This document shows positions 1 through 11,600 of a stretch of 64,000 bases of DNA, one piece after another. The stretch comes from Candidatus Marinacidobacterium sp. (GTDB lineage Bacteria > Acidobacteriota > Vicinamibacteria > Marinacidobacterales > Marinacidobacteraceae), in contig OZ242011.1 of assembly GCA_965204755.1 (NCBI GenBank), positions 864,001 through 928,000 of the forward strand, read 5' to 3'. The stretch's first letter is position 1. The number at the start of each line of letters is the position of its first letter. Below the pieces are notes generated by a model. The model was not told the origin of the DNA and did not search any database. It saw nothing but the letters and a program-made list of their open reading frames with translations. A program made the translations under genes and the position numbers.

Positions 1-3000
1 CCGAGCGCCGCGTCGTTGTTCGCGGCGTCCCGGATCGTCCCGCCGTTCAGCGTGAGCGCCGCGGCGCCGATGCTGATCCCGTCCGCGTCGTCGTCCGCCG
101 TCGCCACGATGTGACGGAACACCAGCGAGGAACTCCCGCTGCCGGTGGCGTAGTCCGCCTTCGGGGTCGCCGCGCCGATCCCCAGCGCCAACTGCGGGGT
201 TCCGGTAACCGTTACCGCTTCGTCGAACTCCACGGTTACCACGATGACATCCCCGGCGATGAAGGCATCGGCCGAGCCCCGCCCGGTCCCGGAGGCCGTT
301 ACCCCGGTAACCGTCGGCGCGACCCGGTCCGGGGCGGCGCCGTTCACCACGAGGCCGCCGTCGGTGATCGCGTGGGTTCCGAGACCGAGCGCCGCGTCGT
401 TGTTCGCGGCGTCCCGGATCGCGCCGCCGTTCAGGGTCAGCGCCGTCGTCCCGACGCTCACCCCGTTCGCGTCCGCGTCGCCGCTCGCGACGGTGTAGCG
501 GAACACCAGCGAGGTCGTCCCGCTGCCGGAGGCGTAGGCCGCCTGGCGGGTGTTCGCGCCGACCGTCAGCGCCAACTGCGGGGTTCCCGTAACGGTCGCC
601 GCTTCGTCGAACGCGACCGTCGCCACGATCTCGTCGCCGGCGATGAAGACGCCGTTCGCGCCCTGCGCGGCGCCGGAGAGCGTTACCCCGGTAACCACCG
701 GGCCGACCGCGTCCGCGGCGGCGCCGTTCACCGTGAAGCGGGCGTCGTCCGCGAACGCGTGGCTGCCCAGGTCGAGCGCCGCGTCGTTCGGCGTCGCCGC
801 GGCGTCCCGGATCGTCCCGCCGTTCAGGGTCAGCGCCGAGGCGCCGATGCTGATCCCGTTGTTATCGGCGTCCCCGTCGACCACCCGGTAGCGGAACAAC
901 AGCGAATCCGTCCCGGTCCCCGAGACATAGCCCGCCTTGCGGGTGTTCGCCCCGATGGTCAACGCAACCTGCGGGGTTCCGGTAACCGTCACCGGCTCGT
1001 CGAACGCGACCGTTGCTTCGATCGCATCCCCGTCCCGGTAAACCCGGTTCGCGCCCGTCGGGGTCCCGCCGAGGGAGACGCCGGTTACCGTCGGCGCGGC
1101 CACATCCGCCGCGCCCCCGTTCACCACGATGTCGCCGTCGGTGATCGCGTGGCCGCCCAGGTCGAGCGTCGCGTTGTTGCTCGAACCGTCCCGGATCGTC
1201 CCGTCGTTCAGGGTCAGCGCCGAGGCGCCGATGCTGATCCCGTTCGCGTCGTTGTCCGCCAAAACCACCGTGTAGCGGAACACCAGCGAAGTCGTGCCGC
1301 TGCCCGAGGAGTAGTCGGCCTGCTTCGTGGCCGAGCCGATCGTCAGCGCCAACTGCGGCGTTCCCGTAACGGTCGCCGCCTCGTTGAACGCCACCGTTAC
1401 TTCGATGGCGTCCCCGTCGCGGAAGACGCCGTTCGCGCCCGTCGCGGTCCCTGCCGGCGTCACGCCGGTAACCGCCGGTCCGACCACATCCGCCGCGCCG
1501 CCGTTCACCACGATGTCGCCGTCGGTGATCGTGTGGCTGCCCAGGCCGAGCGCCGCGTCGTTCGGCGTCGCCGCGCCGTCCCGGATCGTCCCGCCGTTCA
1601 GCGACAGCGCCGATGCGCCGATGCTGATCCCGTTCGCGTCGTTGTCCGCCGAAACCACCGTGTAGCGGAACACCAGCGAAGTCCCGGCGCCCGAGAAGTA
1701 GTCCGCCTGCTTCGTGGCCGAGCCGATCGTCAGCGCCAACTGCGGCGTTCCCGTAACGGTCACCGCCTCGCTGAACGACACCGTTGCTTCGATGGCGTCC
1801 CCGACCCGGTAAACCCCGCCGGGCCCCGTCGGGGTCCCGTCGTCCAGCGTTACGCCGGTAACCGTCGGCGCGACCACATCCGCCGCGCCGCCGTTCACCA
1901 CGAGGTCGCCGTCGGTGATCGCGCGGGCGCCCAGGCCGAGCGCCGCGTCGTTGTTCGCCGCGTCCCGGATCGTCCCGCCGTTCAGCGTGAGCGCCGAAGC
2001 CCCGACGCTGATCCCGTTCGAGTCGGCGTCCGCCGCGGCCACGGTGTAGGTGAACACCAGCGAGGTCTCCCCGCTGCCCGAGGAGTAGTCCGCCTGCTTC
2101 ATCGCCGAGCCGATGGTCAGCGCCAACCGCGGCGTCCCGGTAACGGTTACCTTCTCGTTGAACGCCACCGTTACTTCGATGGCGTCCCCGTCCCGGAAGA
2201 CATCGTTCGCGCCCGTCGGGGTCCCGCCGAGCGACACGCCGGTGACCACCGGCGCGACCACATCCGCCGCGGCGCCGTTCACCGGGTAGCCGGCGTGGTG
2301 CTCGATCGCGTGGCCGCCCAGGTCGAGCGTCGCGGCGTTGCCCGCGGCGTCCTCGATCGTCCCGCCGTTCAGCGTGAGCGCCGAGAGCCCGACGCCGATC
2401 CCGTTCGCATCGGCGTCGCCGGACGCCACCGTGTATCGGAACTCCAGTTCGGTGGAGCCGCTGCCGGTCTCGTAGTCCGCCTGCTTCGGCGTCGTGCCGA
2501 TCGTCAGCGCGACCTGCGGGGTCCCGGTAACCGTCACCGGCTCGTCGAACTCGACCGTTACCGCGATCACATCGCCGGCGATGAAGTCGGTCGCGCCCTG
2601 CTTGCTCCCGGAGAGCGTTACGCCGGTTACCGTCGGCCCGACCCCGTCCGCGGCCGCGCCGTTCACCTTGATGTCGGCCTGGTTCGCGATGGCGTGGCCG
2701 CCGAGGTCGAGCGTCGCGTCGTTGTTCGCGGCGTCCCGGATCGTCCCGCCGTTCAGGGTGAGCGCCGCCGCCGCGATGCCGATCCCGTCGTTGTCCCGGT
2801 CCGCGGTAACCACGGTGTAGCGGAACACCAGTTCGTTCGTCCCGCTGCCGGAGACATAGCCCGCCTGCCCCGCCGCCGCGCCGATGGTCAGTTCCGCCTG
2901 CGGCGTCCCGGTAACCGTCGCCGGCTCGTCGAACGCGACGGTTACCGCGATGGCGTCGCCGGCGATGAACACGCCGCCCTGGCCCTGCGCGGTCCCGGAG

Positions 3001-5686
3001 AGCGTTACCCCGGTTACCACCGGCCCGACCCCGTCGGCGGCGCGGCCGTTCACCTTGATGTCGGCGTCGTACGCGATGGCGTGGTCGCCCAGGTCGAGCG
3101 TCGCGTCGTTGTTCGCGGCGTCCCGGATCGTCCCGCCGTTCAGGGTGAGCGCCGCCGCCGCGACGCCGATCCCGTCGGAGTCGCGGTCCGCCTCGACCAC
3201 GGTGTAGCGGAACACCAGCGAGGCCGTCCCGCTGCCCTCGGCATAGTCGGCCTGCTTCGTCGCCGTCCCGATCGTCAGCGCCAACCGCGGCGTCCCGGTA
3301 ACGGTTACCGGCTCGTCGAACGCCACCGTGGCCGCGATCTCGTCGCCGGCGCGGAAGACCCCGCCCGCGCCCGTCGCGGTCCCGTCGTCCAGCGTTACCC
3401 CGGTAACCGTGGGCGGGACCGCCTCCGACGCGCTCCCGTCCACCACGAAGCCGCCGTCGTCGGTGATCGCGTGGTCGCCGAAGCCCGGCGCGGCCGCGTT
3501 GTTCGCGGCGTCCACGATGGCCCCGCCGTTCAGGTCGAGCGCCGAGGCGCCGATGCTGACCCCGTTCGGGTCCGTGTCCCCGGTCCTCACCGTGTAGCGG
3601 AACACCGGCGAGGTCGTCCCGCTGCCCGAGACATACACCGCCCGGCGGGTCGCCGCGCCGACCCCGATCTCCACCCGCGGAGTCCCGGTTACCGTCACCG
3701 CTTCGTCGAACGCGACCGTTACCTCGATCGCGTCCCCGGCGATGAGGATCCCGCCCGCGCCCCGCCCGGTCCCGGACACCTCTACCCCGGTAACCGTCGG
3801 CGCGACGGCGTCGGCGGCGGCGCCGTCCACCACGAGGGCGCCGTCGGTGATCGCGTGGCCGCCGAGGTCGAGCGTCGCCGCGTTGTTGGCGGCGTCCACG
3901 ACGGCCCCGCCGTTCAGCGCGATCTCCGAAGCCCCGATCCCGTTCGCGTCGGCGTCGCCGGCGGCCACGGTGTAGGCGAACTCCAGCGAAGTCGTCCCGC
4001 TGCCGGAGACATAACCCGCCTGGCGGGGGGTGGCCGCGCCGATCGTCAGCGCCAACTGCGGCGTCCCGGTAACGGTTACCGGCTCGTCGAACGCGACCGT
4101 CGCCCGGATCCCGTCGCCGGCGATGAGGACGCCGTTCGCGCCCTGGGCGCTGCCGGAGAGCGTTACCCCGGTTACCTTCGGCCCGACCCGGTCCGGGGCG
4201 GCGCCGTTCACCGCGAGGGCGCCGTCGGTGATCGCGCGGGTTCCGAGGTCGAGCGCCGCGGCGTTCCCCGCGGCGTCCGCCATCGTCCCGCCGTTCAGCG
4301 CGAGCGCCGAAGCCCCGACGGAGATCCCGTTCGCGTCGGCGTCGCCGGCGGCCACGGTGTAGGCGAAGACCAGCGAAGCCGTCCCGCTGCCGGAGACATA
4401 ACCCGCCTGCCGGGTGGCCGCGCCGATGGTCAGCGCCAACTCCGGCGTCCCGGTAACGGTTACCGCCTCGTCGAACGCGACCGTCGCCTCGATCCCGTCG
4501 CCGGCGATGAGGACTTCGTTCGCGCCCTGCGGCGCCGGCGCGACCGCCGAAAGGGTTACGCCGGTAACCCTCGGCCCCGCCGCGTCCGCCGCGCCGCCGT
4601 CCACCACGAGGTCGCCGTCGGTGATCGCGTGGCCGCCCAGGTCGAGCGCCGCCGCGTTGTTCGCGGCGTCCCAGATCGTCCCGCCGTTCAGCGAAAGCGC
4701 CGAGACGCCCACCCCGTTCGCGTCCGAGTCCCCGCTCGCGACGGTGTAGGTGAACACCAGCGAAGCCGTCCCGCTGCCGGAGGCATAACCCGCCTGCCGC
4801 GTCACCGACCCGACGGCCAACGCCGCCCGCGGCGTCCCGGTAACCGTGACCGGCTCGTCGAACGCGACCGTTACCACGATGGCGTCCCCGGCCCGGAAGA
4901 CGCCGCCCGCGCCGGTCCCGGTCCCCGACAGCGTTACTTCGGTAACCACCGGCCCGGCCACATCCGCCGCGCCCCCGTTCACCACGAAGCGGTCGTCGTC
5001 GCTGATCGCGTGGCTGCCCAGGCCGAGCGCCGCGTCGCGGTTCCCGTCGTCCCGGATCGCCGCGCCGGCCGGCAGCGTCAGCGCCGAAGCCCCGACGCTC
5101 ACCCCGTTCGCGTCCGCATCCGCCGACGCCACGGTGTAGGCGAACACCGGCGAAGCCGTCCCGCTGCCCGACGCGTAGGCCGCGTACCGGGTGACGCTCC
5201 CGATCAGCAGCGCTGCCCGCGGCGCCCCGGTAACGGTTACCGGCTCGTGGAACTCGACCGTTACTTCGATGGCGTCCCCGGCCCGGAAGACCCCGTTCTC
5301 CCCCGTCGCGGTCCCGCCGAGCGAGACGCCGGTCACCGTCGGCGCGGTCACATCCGCCCCGTCCCCGTCCACCGCGAGGCCGCCGTCGCTGATCGCGTGG
5401 CCGCCCAGGCCGAGCGCCGCGGCGTTGCCCGCGTCGTCCGCGATCGCCCCGCCGTTCAGGGCGAGCGCGGCCGCGCCGACGCTGACCCCGTTCGCGTCCG
5501 TATCCGCCGACGCCACGGTGTAGGTGAACACCAGCGAACTCGTCCCGTTGCCGGAGACATAAGCCGCCTGGCGGGTGGCCGCCCCGATCGTCAGCGCCAC
5601 CTGCGGCGTCCCGGTAACCGTCACCGGCTCGTCGAACGCGACCGTTACTTCGATGCGGTCGTCCTCGATGAAGACGCCGCCGTCCC
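1..5686 (-). CDS. Segment 4 of the giant gene (3'-partial, about 15 repeats, absent from the ORF track because it has no stop in the window)
   Basis: Manual translation resumes as DGGVFIEDDRIEVTVAFDEP at ~5685. The in-register antisense ORF 111..5762 is unbroken to ~5685, which shows no further frameshift. The frame runs off position 1. Confidence 0.88.
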
Positions 5687-8600
5687 CCTGCCGATCCCCG
5701 ACAGCGTCACGCCGGTAACCACCGGCCCGACCGCATCGGCCGCGCTCCCGTCCACCGGGTAGTCGGCGTGGTTCGCGATCGCGTGGCTGCCGAGGCCGAG
5801 CGCCGCGGCGTTCCCCGCGGCGTCCGCGATCGTCCCGTCGTTCAGCGTGAGCGCCGAGCCGCCGACGCCCACCCCGTCCGCGTCCGTGTCCGCCGCCGCC
5901 ACGGTGTAGGCGAACACCGGCGAAGTCGTCCCGCTGCCCGAGACGAAGGCCGCCTGCCTCGTCGCCGTCCCGATCGTCAGCGCGACCTGCGGGGTCCCGG
6001 TAACCGTCACCGGCTCGTCGAACTCGACCGTTACCGCGATCACATCGCCGGCGATGAAGTCGCTCGCGCCCTGCTTGGTCCCGGAGAGCGTTACGCCGGT
6101 TACCACCGGCCGGACCACATCCGCCGCGCCGCCGTCCACCACGAGGTCGCCGTCGGTGATCGCGTGGCTGCCCAGGCCGAGCGCCGCGTCGTTCGGCGTC
6201 GCCGCGCCGTCCCGGATCGTCCCGCCGTTCAACTTGAGCGCCGATGCGCCGATGCTGATCCCGTTCGCGTCCGTATCCCCGCTCGCGACGGTGTAGCGGA
6301 ACACCAGCGAACTCGTCCCGCTGCCCGAGCGATACCCCGCCTGCCGGGTAGCCGAGCCGATCGTCAGCGCCAACTGCGGCCTTCCCGTAACGGTCACCGC
6401 CTCGCTGAACGACACCGTTGCTTCGATGGCGTCCCCGACCCGGTAAACCCCGCCGGTTCCCGTCGGGGTCCCGTCGTCCAGCGTTACGCCGGCAACCACC
6501 GGCGCGACCGCATCCGCCGCGCCGCCGTCCACCACGAGGTCGCCGTCGGTGATCGCGTGGCTGCCCAGATCGACCGTCCCGGCCTCATCCGCGGCCGAGT
6601 TGTTCGCGGCGTCCCGGATCGTCCCGCCGTTCAGCGACAGCGCCGAAGCCCCGACGCTGATCCCGTTCGAGTCGGCGTCCGCCGCGGCCACGGTGTAGCG
6701 GAACACCAGCGAGGTCGTCCCGCTGCCCGAGCGATACCCCGCCTGCCGGGTCGCCGCGCCGACGGTGAGAGCCAACTGCGGCGCCCCGGTAACCGTGGCC
6801 GCCTCATCGAACTCGACGGTAACCACGATCTCGTCGCCGGCGCGGAACACCCCGTTCGCGCCCTGGGCGCTGCCGGAGAGATCGACCCCGCTGACCACCG
6901 GGCCGACCGCGTCGGCGGCGGCGCCGTTCACCACGAAGTTCCTGTCGTCGCTGATCGCGTAGCCGCCGAAGTCGCGTTCGGCGGCGTTGGTCGCGGCGTC
7001 CGCGATCGCGCCGCCGTTCAGCGCGAGCGCCAGGGCCCCGACGGAGATCCCGTCCGCGTCCGCGTCGCCGCTCGCCACGGTGTAGGCGAACGCCAGTTCG
7101 GTCGTCCCGCTGCCCGAGCGGTACGCCGCCTGCCGGGTGGCCGCGCCGACGCCGAGCGCGACCTGCGGCGTCCCGGTAACGGTCACCGGCTCGTCGAAGG
7201 CCACGGTTACCGTGATCTCGTCGCCGGCGATGAAGACGCCGTTCGCGCCGTTCGCGCCGTTCGCGCGGCCGGAGAGCGAGACGCCGGTAACCGCCGGGCC
7301 GGTCCGGTCGGCCGCCCCGCCGCGCACCGCCGCGTTCGGGTCGTTCGTCACCGCGCGCGGCCCCAGGTCGAGCGCCGCCGCGTTGCCCGAGGCGTCGCGG
7401 ATCGTCCCGCCGTTCAGCGTGAGCGCCGAGGCGCCGATGCTGATCCCGTCGGAGTCGTCGTCCGTCGCAACCACGGTGTAGCGGAACACCAGCGAGGCCG
7501 TCCCGCTGCCCGAGGCGTAGTCCGCCTGCGGGGTGGGGGTGGCGCTGCCGATGGTGAGCGCCAACCGCGGCATCCCGGTAACCGTCGCCGCCTCGTGGAA
7601 CTCGACCGTTACCTCGATCTCGTCGTCGGCGCGGAAGACGCCGTTCGCGCCCTGGGCGCGGCCGGAGATCGTTACGCCGGTCACCGTCGGCCCGACCCGG
7701 TCGGCGGCGGCGCCGTCCACCCTGGCGTCGCCGTCGTTGGTGATCGCCCGGGTTCCGAAACCGAGCGCCGCGTTGTTGCCCGCGGCGTCGCGGATCGTCC
7801 CGCCGTGCCGCGCGAGCGCCGCCGCCCCGACGGAGACCCCGTCGGGGTCGGCGTCGGCGGCGGCCACGGTGTAGGCGAACTCCAGCGAGGTCGTCCCGCT
7901 GCCCGAGGCGTAGTCCGCCTGCCGGATCGCCGCGCCGATGGTCAGCGCCACCCGCGGCGCCCCGGTAACGGTTACCGGCTCGTCGAACTCGACCGTTACC
8001 GCGATCGCGTCGCCGGCGATGAAGACGCCGTTCGCGCCGTTCGGGTGGCCGGAGAGCGAGACTTCTTCCACCGTCGGGCCGGTCGCGTCGGGGGCGTCGC
8101 CGTCCACCACCGCGTCGCCGTCGGTGATGGCGTGGCTGCCCAGCGGGACTTCGCCGTTGTCGTCGGCGGCGGAGTTCCCTGCGGCGTCCGCGATCGTCCC
8201 GCCGTTCAGCGTGAGCGCCGAAGCCTCGACGCTGACCCCGTTCGCGTCGCGGTCGCCGAGCGCCACGGTGTAGCGGAACACCAGCGAGGTTTCCCCGCTG
8301 CCGGAGTCGTAGGCCGCCTGCCGGGCGGCCTCCCCGACGGTGAGCGCGACCTGCGGGGTTCCGGTAACCGCAACGGTCTCGCTGAACTCGACGGTTACCT
8401 CGATGGCGTCCCCGGCCCGGAAGACCCCGTTCGCGCCCGTCGCGGTCCCGTCGAGCGAGACGCCGGCAACCACCGGGGGTGCCGCGTCCGCGGCGGCGCC
8501 GCGCACCTTGAAGCGGGGGTCGTTCGCGATCGCGTGGCGGCCCAGGTCGAGCGCCGCGGCGTTCGGCGTCGCCGCGCCGTCGAAGATCGTCCCGCCGTTC

Positions 8601-11600
8601 AGCGCGAGCGCGTCGGCCTCGACGGAGATCCCGTCGGCGTCGGCGTCCCCGGAGACCACGGTGTAGCGGAACACCAGGTCGTCGGTCGCGGGGGTTGCGG
8701 CGCTGCGGAGCCGGTCGTACTCCGCCTGGCGGGGGGCCGACCCGATGGTCAGCGCCAACTGCGGGGTTCCGGTAACCGTCACGGTCTCGTTGAACTCGAC
8801 GGTTACCTCGATGGCGTCCCCGGCCCGGAAGACCCCGTTCGCGCCCGTGGCGGTCCCCGCCGGCGTCACGCCGGTAACCGCCGGCCCGACCACATCCGCC
8901 GCGCCGCCGTCCACCGCGAAGTCGGCGTCGTTCGCGATCGCGTGGCTGCCCAAGCCGAGCGCCGCGGCGTTCGGCGTCGCCGCGCCGTCGAAGATCGTCC
9001 CGCCGTTCAGCGCGAGCGCGTCGGCCTCGACGGAGATCCCGTCGGCGTCGGCGTCCCCGGAGACCACGGTGTAGCGGAACACCAGCGAGGTTTCCCCGCT
9101 GCCGGAGTCGTAGGCCGCCTGCCGGGCGGCCTCCCCGACGGTGAGCGCGACCTGCGGGGTTCCGGTAACCGCAACGGTCTCGCTGAACTCGACGGCCACC
9201 TCGATGGCGTCCCCGGCGATGTAGACGCCGTTCGCGCCGTTCGGGTGGCCGGAGAGGGTTACCCCGGTTACCGTCGGCGCGACCGCGTCCGCGGCGGCGC
9301 CGTTCACCGGGAAGCCGCCGTCGTTCGCGATCGCGTGGCTGCCCAGGCCGAGCGCCGCGGCGTTCGGCGTCGCCGCGCCGTCCCGGATGGTCCCGCCGTT
9401 CAGCGTGAGCGCGGCCGCCGCGACGGAGATCCCGTCGGCGTCGGCGTCGGCGGCGGCCACGGTGTAGCGGAACACCAGCGAAGTCGTCCCGCTGCCGGAG
9501 ACATAGCGCGCCGGCTTCGGCGTCGACCCGATCGTCAACTCGACCTGCGGGGTTCCGGTAACGGTCGCCGCATCGTCGAACTCGACGGTTACCGCAATCC
9601 GGTCCCCGGCGATGAAGACGCCGTTCGCGCCCTGGGCGTTGCCGTCGAGCGTCAGTCCGGTTACCGCCGGCCCGACCCGGTCGTCGGCGCCGCCGTTCAC
9701 CGGGAAGTCGGCGTCGTCCGCGATCGCGTGGCTGCCCAGGTCGAGCGCCGCGGCGTTCGGCGTCGCCGCGCCGTCGAAGATCGTCCCGCCGTTCAGCGTG
9801 AGCGCGGCCGCCGCGACGGAGATCCCGTTCGCGTCCGCGTCCCCGGCAGCCACCGCGTAGCGGAACACCAGCGAGGCCGTCCCGCTGCCCGAGACATAGG
9901 CCGCCGGCTTCGGCGTCGACCCGATGGTCAACTCGACCTGCGGCGTTCCGGTAACGGTCACCGGTTCGCTGAACTCGACGGTTGCCTCGAGGGCGTCGCC
10001 GGCGCGGAAGACGCCGTTCGCGCCCTGCGGCGCCGGCGCGACCGCCGAGAGGGTCACCCCGGCGACCGTCGGCGCGATGGCGTCGGACGCTCTCCCGTCC
10101 ACCTCCGCGTCGCCGTCGGTGATGGCGGAGTCGCCGAGGCCGAGCGTCGCCGCGTTGCCGGCGGCGTCCGCGATCGTCCCGCCGTTCAGCGCGAGCGCCG
10201 TCGCCGCGACGGAGATCCCGTCCAGGTCGCGGTCGATGCTCACCACGGTGTAGCGGAACACCAGTTCCGCCGTCCCGCTGCCGGAGGCGTAGGCGGCCCG
10301 GCGGGTGTTCACGCCGACCGCGAGCGTCACCCGGGGCGTCCCGGTAACCGTTACCTCTTCGTCGAACTCGACGGTTACCTCGATCTCGTCGCCGGCGCGG
10401 AAGACGCCGCCCGCGCCGCGCGCCGTCCCGGAGACGGTGACCCCGGTAACCGTCGGCGCGACCACATCCGCCGCCGCCGCGTTCACCACGATGTCGCCGT
10501 CGGTGATCGCGTGGCTGCCCAGGTCGAGCGTCGCGTCGTTGCTCGCCGCGTCCCGGATCGTCCCGCCGTTCAGCGTGAGCGCCGCGGCGCCGACGCTCAC
10601 CCCGTCGGTATCGGTGTCCCCGTTCACCACCGTGTAGGTGAACACCAGCGAGGTCGTCCCGCTGCCGGAGGAGTACTCCGCCCGGCTCGTCCCGCTGGTC
10701 AGCGTCAGCGCCAGTTGCGGGGGCCCGCCGGTTTCGCCGACCGTCACCGCCTCGTCGAACTCGACCGTGACTTCGATGGCGTCCCCGACCCGGTAAACCG
10801 AACTCGCCCCGGTCGGGGTCCCGCGGAGCGACACGCCGGTAACCACCGGGCCGACCCCGTCGGCGGCGTCGGCGTCGATCTCGATGTCGTTTTCGGTCGT
10901 GTCGTAGAGCGCACGACCACTGAACCAGTTGTTCGCGGCATCGGCGAGGTTGCCGCCGCTGGCTACGCTGGGGCCCGTAAACATCCAAACCTCGTCCGCG
11001 TCAGCGTCGTTCGCCGCCACCGTATAGGCGAACAGCAGTTCTTTCGTCCCGCTGCCGGAGACATAGGCCGCGTCCCGGTGATATTGGTGTGACTGGTAGG
11101 GGGCCATATAGAGCAAGACCCACGCCCTTCCGGTAACCGTTACCGGTTCGTTGAACTCGAACCTGGCCTCGATCACATCGCCTTCGCGGAAGAGCCCGTC
11201 GCCATTGTCCTTTCGGCCCTGCGGACGCCCGGAGAGGGTTCGGCGGGTTACCGTCGGCGCGACGGTGTCCTCCAAGTCCCCGTCCACCACCGCGTCGCCG
11301 TCGGTGATGGCGTGGCTGCCCAAGTCGAGCGTCGCGTTGTTGTTCGCCGTGTCCGCGATCGTCCCGCCGTTCAGGGTGAGCGCCGAGGCCCCGATGCTGA
11401 TCCCGTTCGGGTCGTCGTCCGCCCGGACCACGGTGTAGCGGAACACCAGCGAGGCCGTACCGCTGCCGGAGACATAACCCGCCTGGCGGGTGACGCTGCC
11501 GATGGTGAGGGCCAACTGCGGCGTTCCGGTGACCGTCGCCGGTCTGCTGAACTCGACCGTCACCTCGAGGGCGTCGCCGGCGATGTACTTGCCCCCCGCG

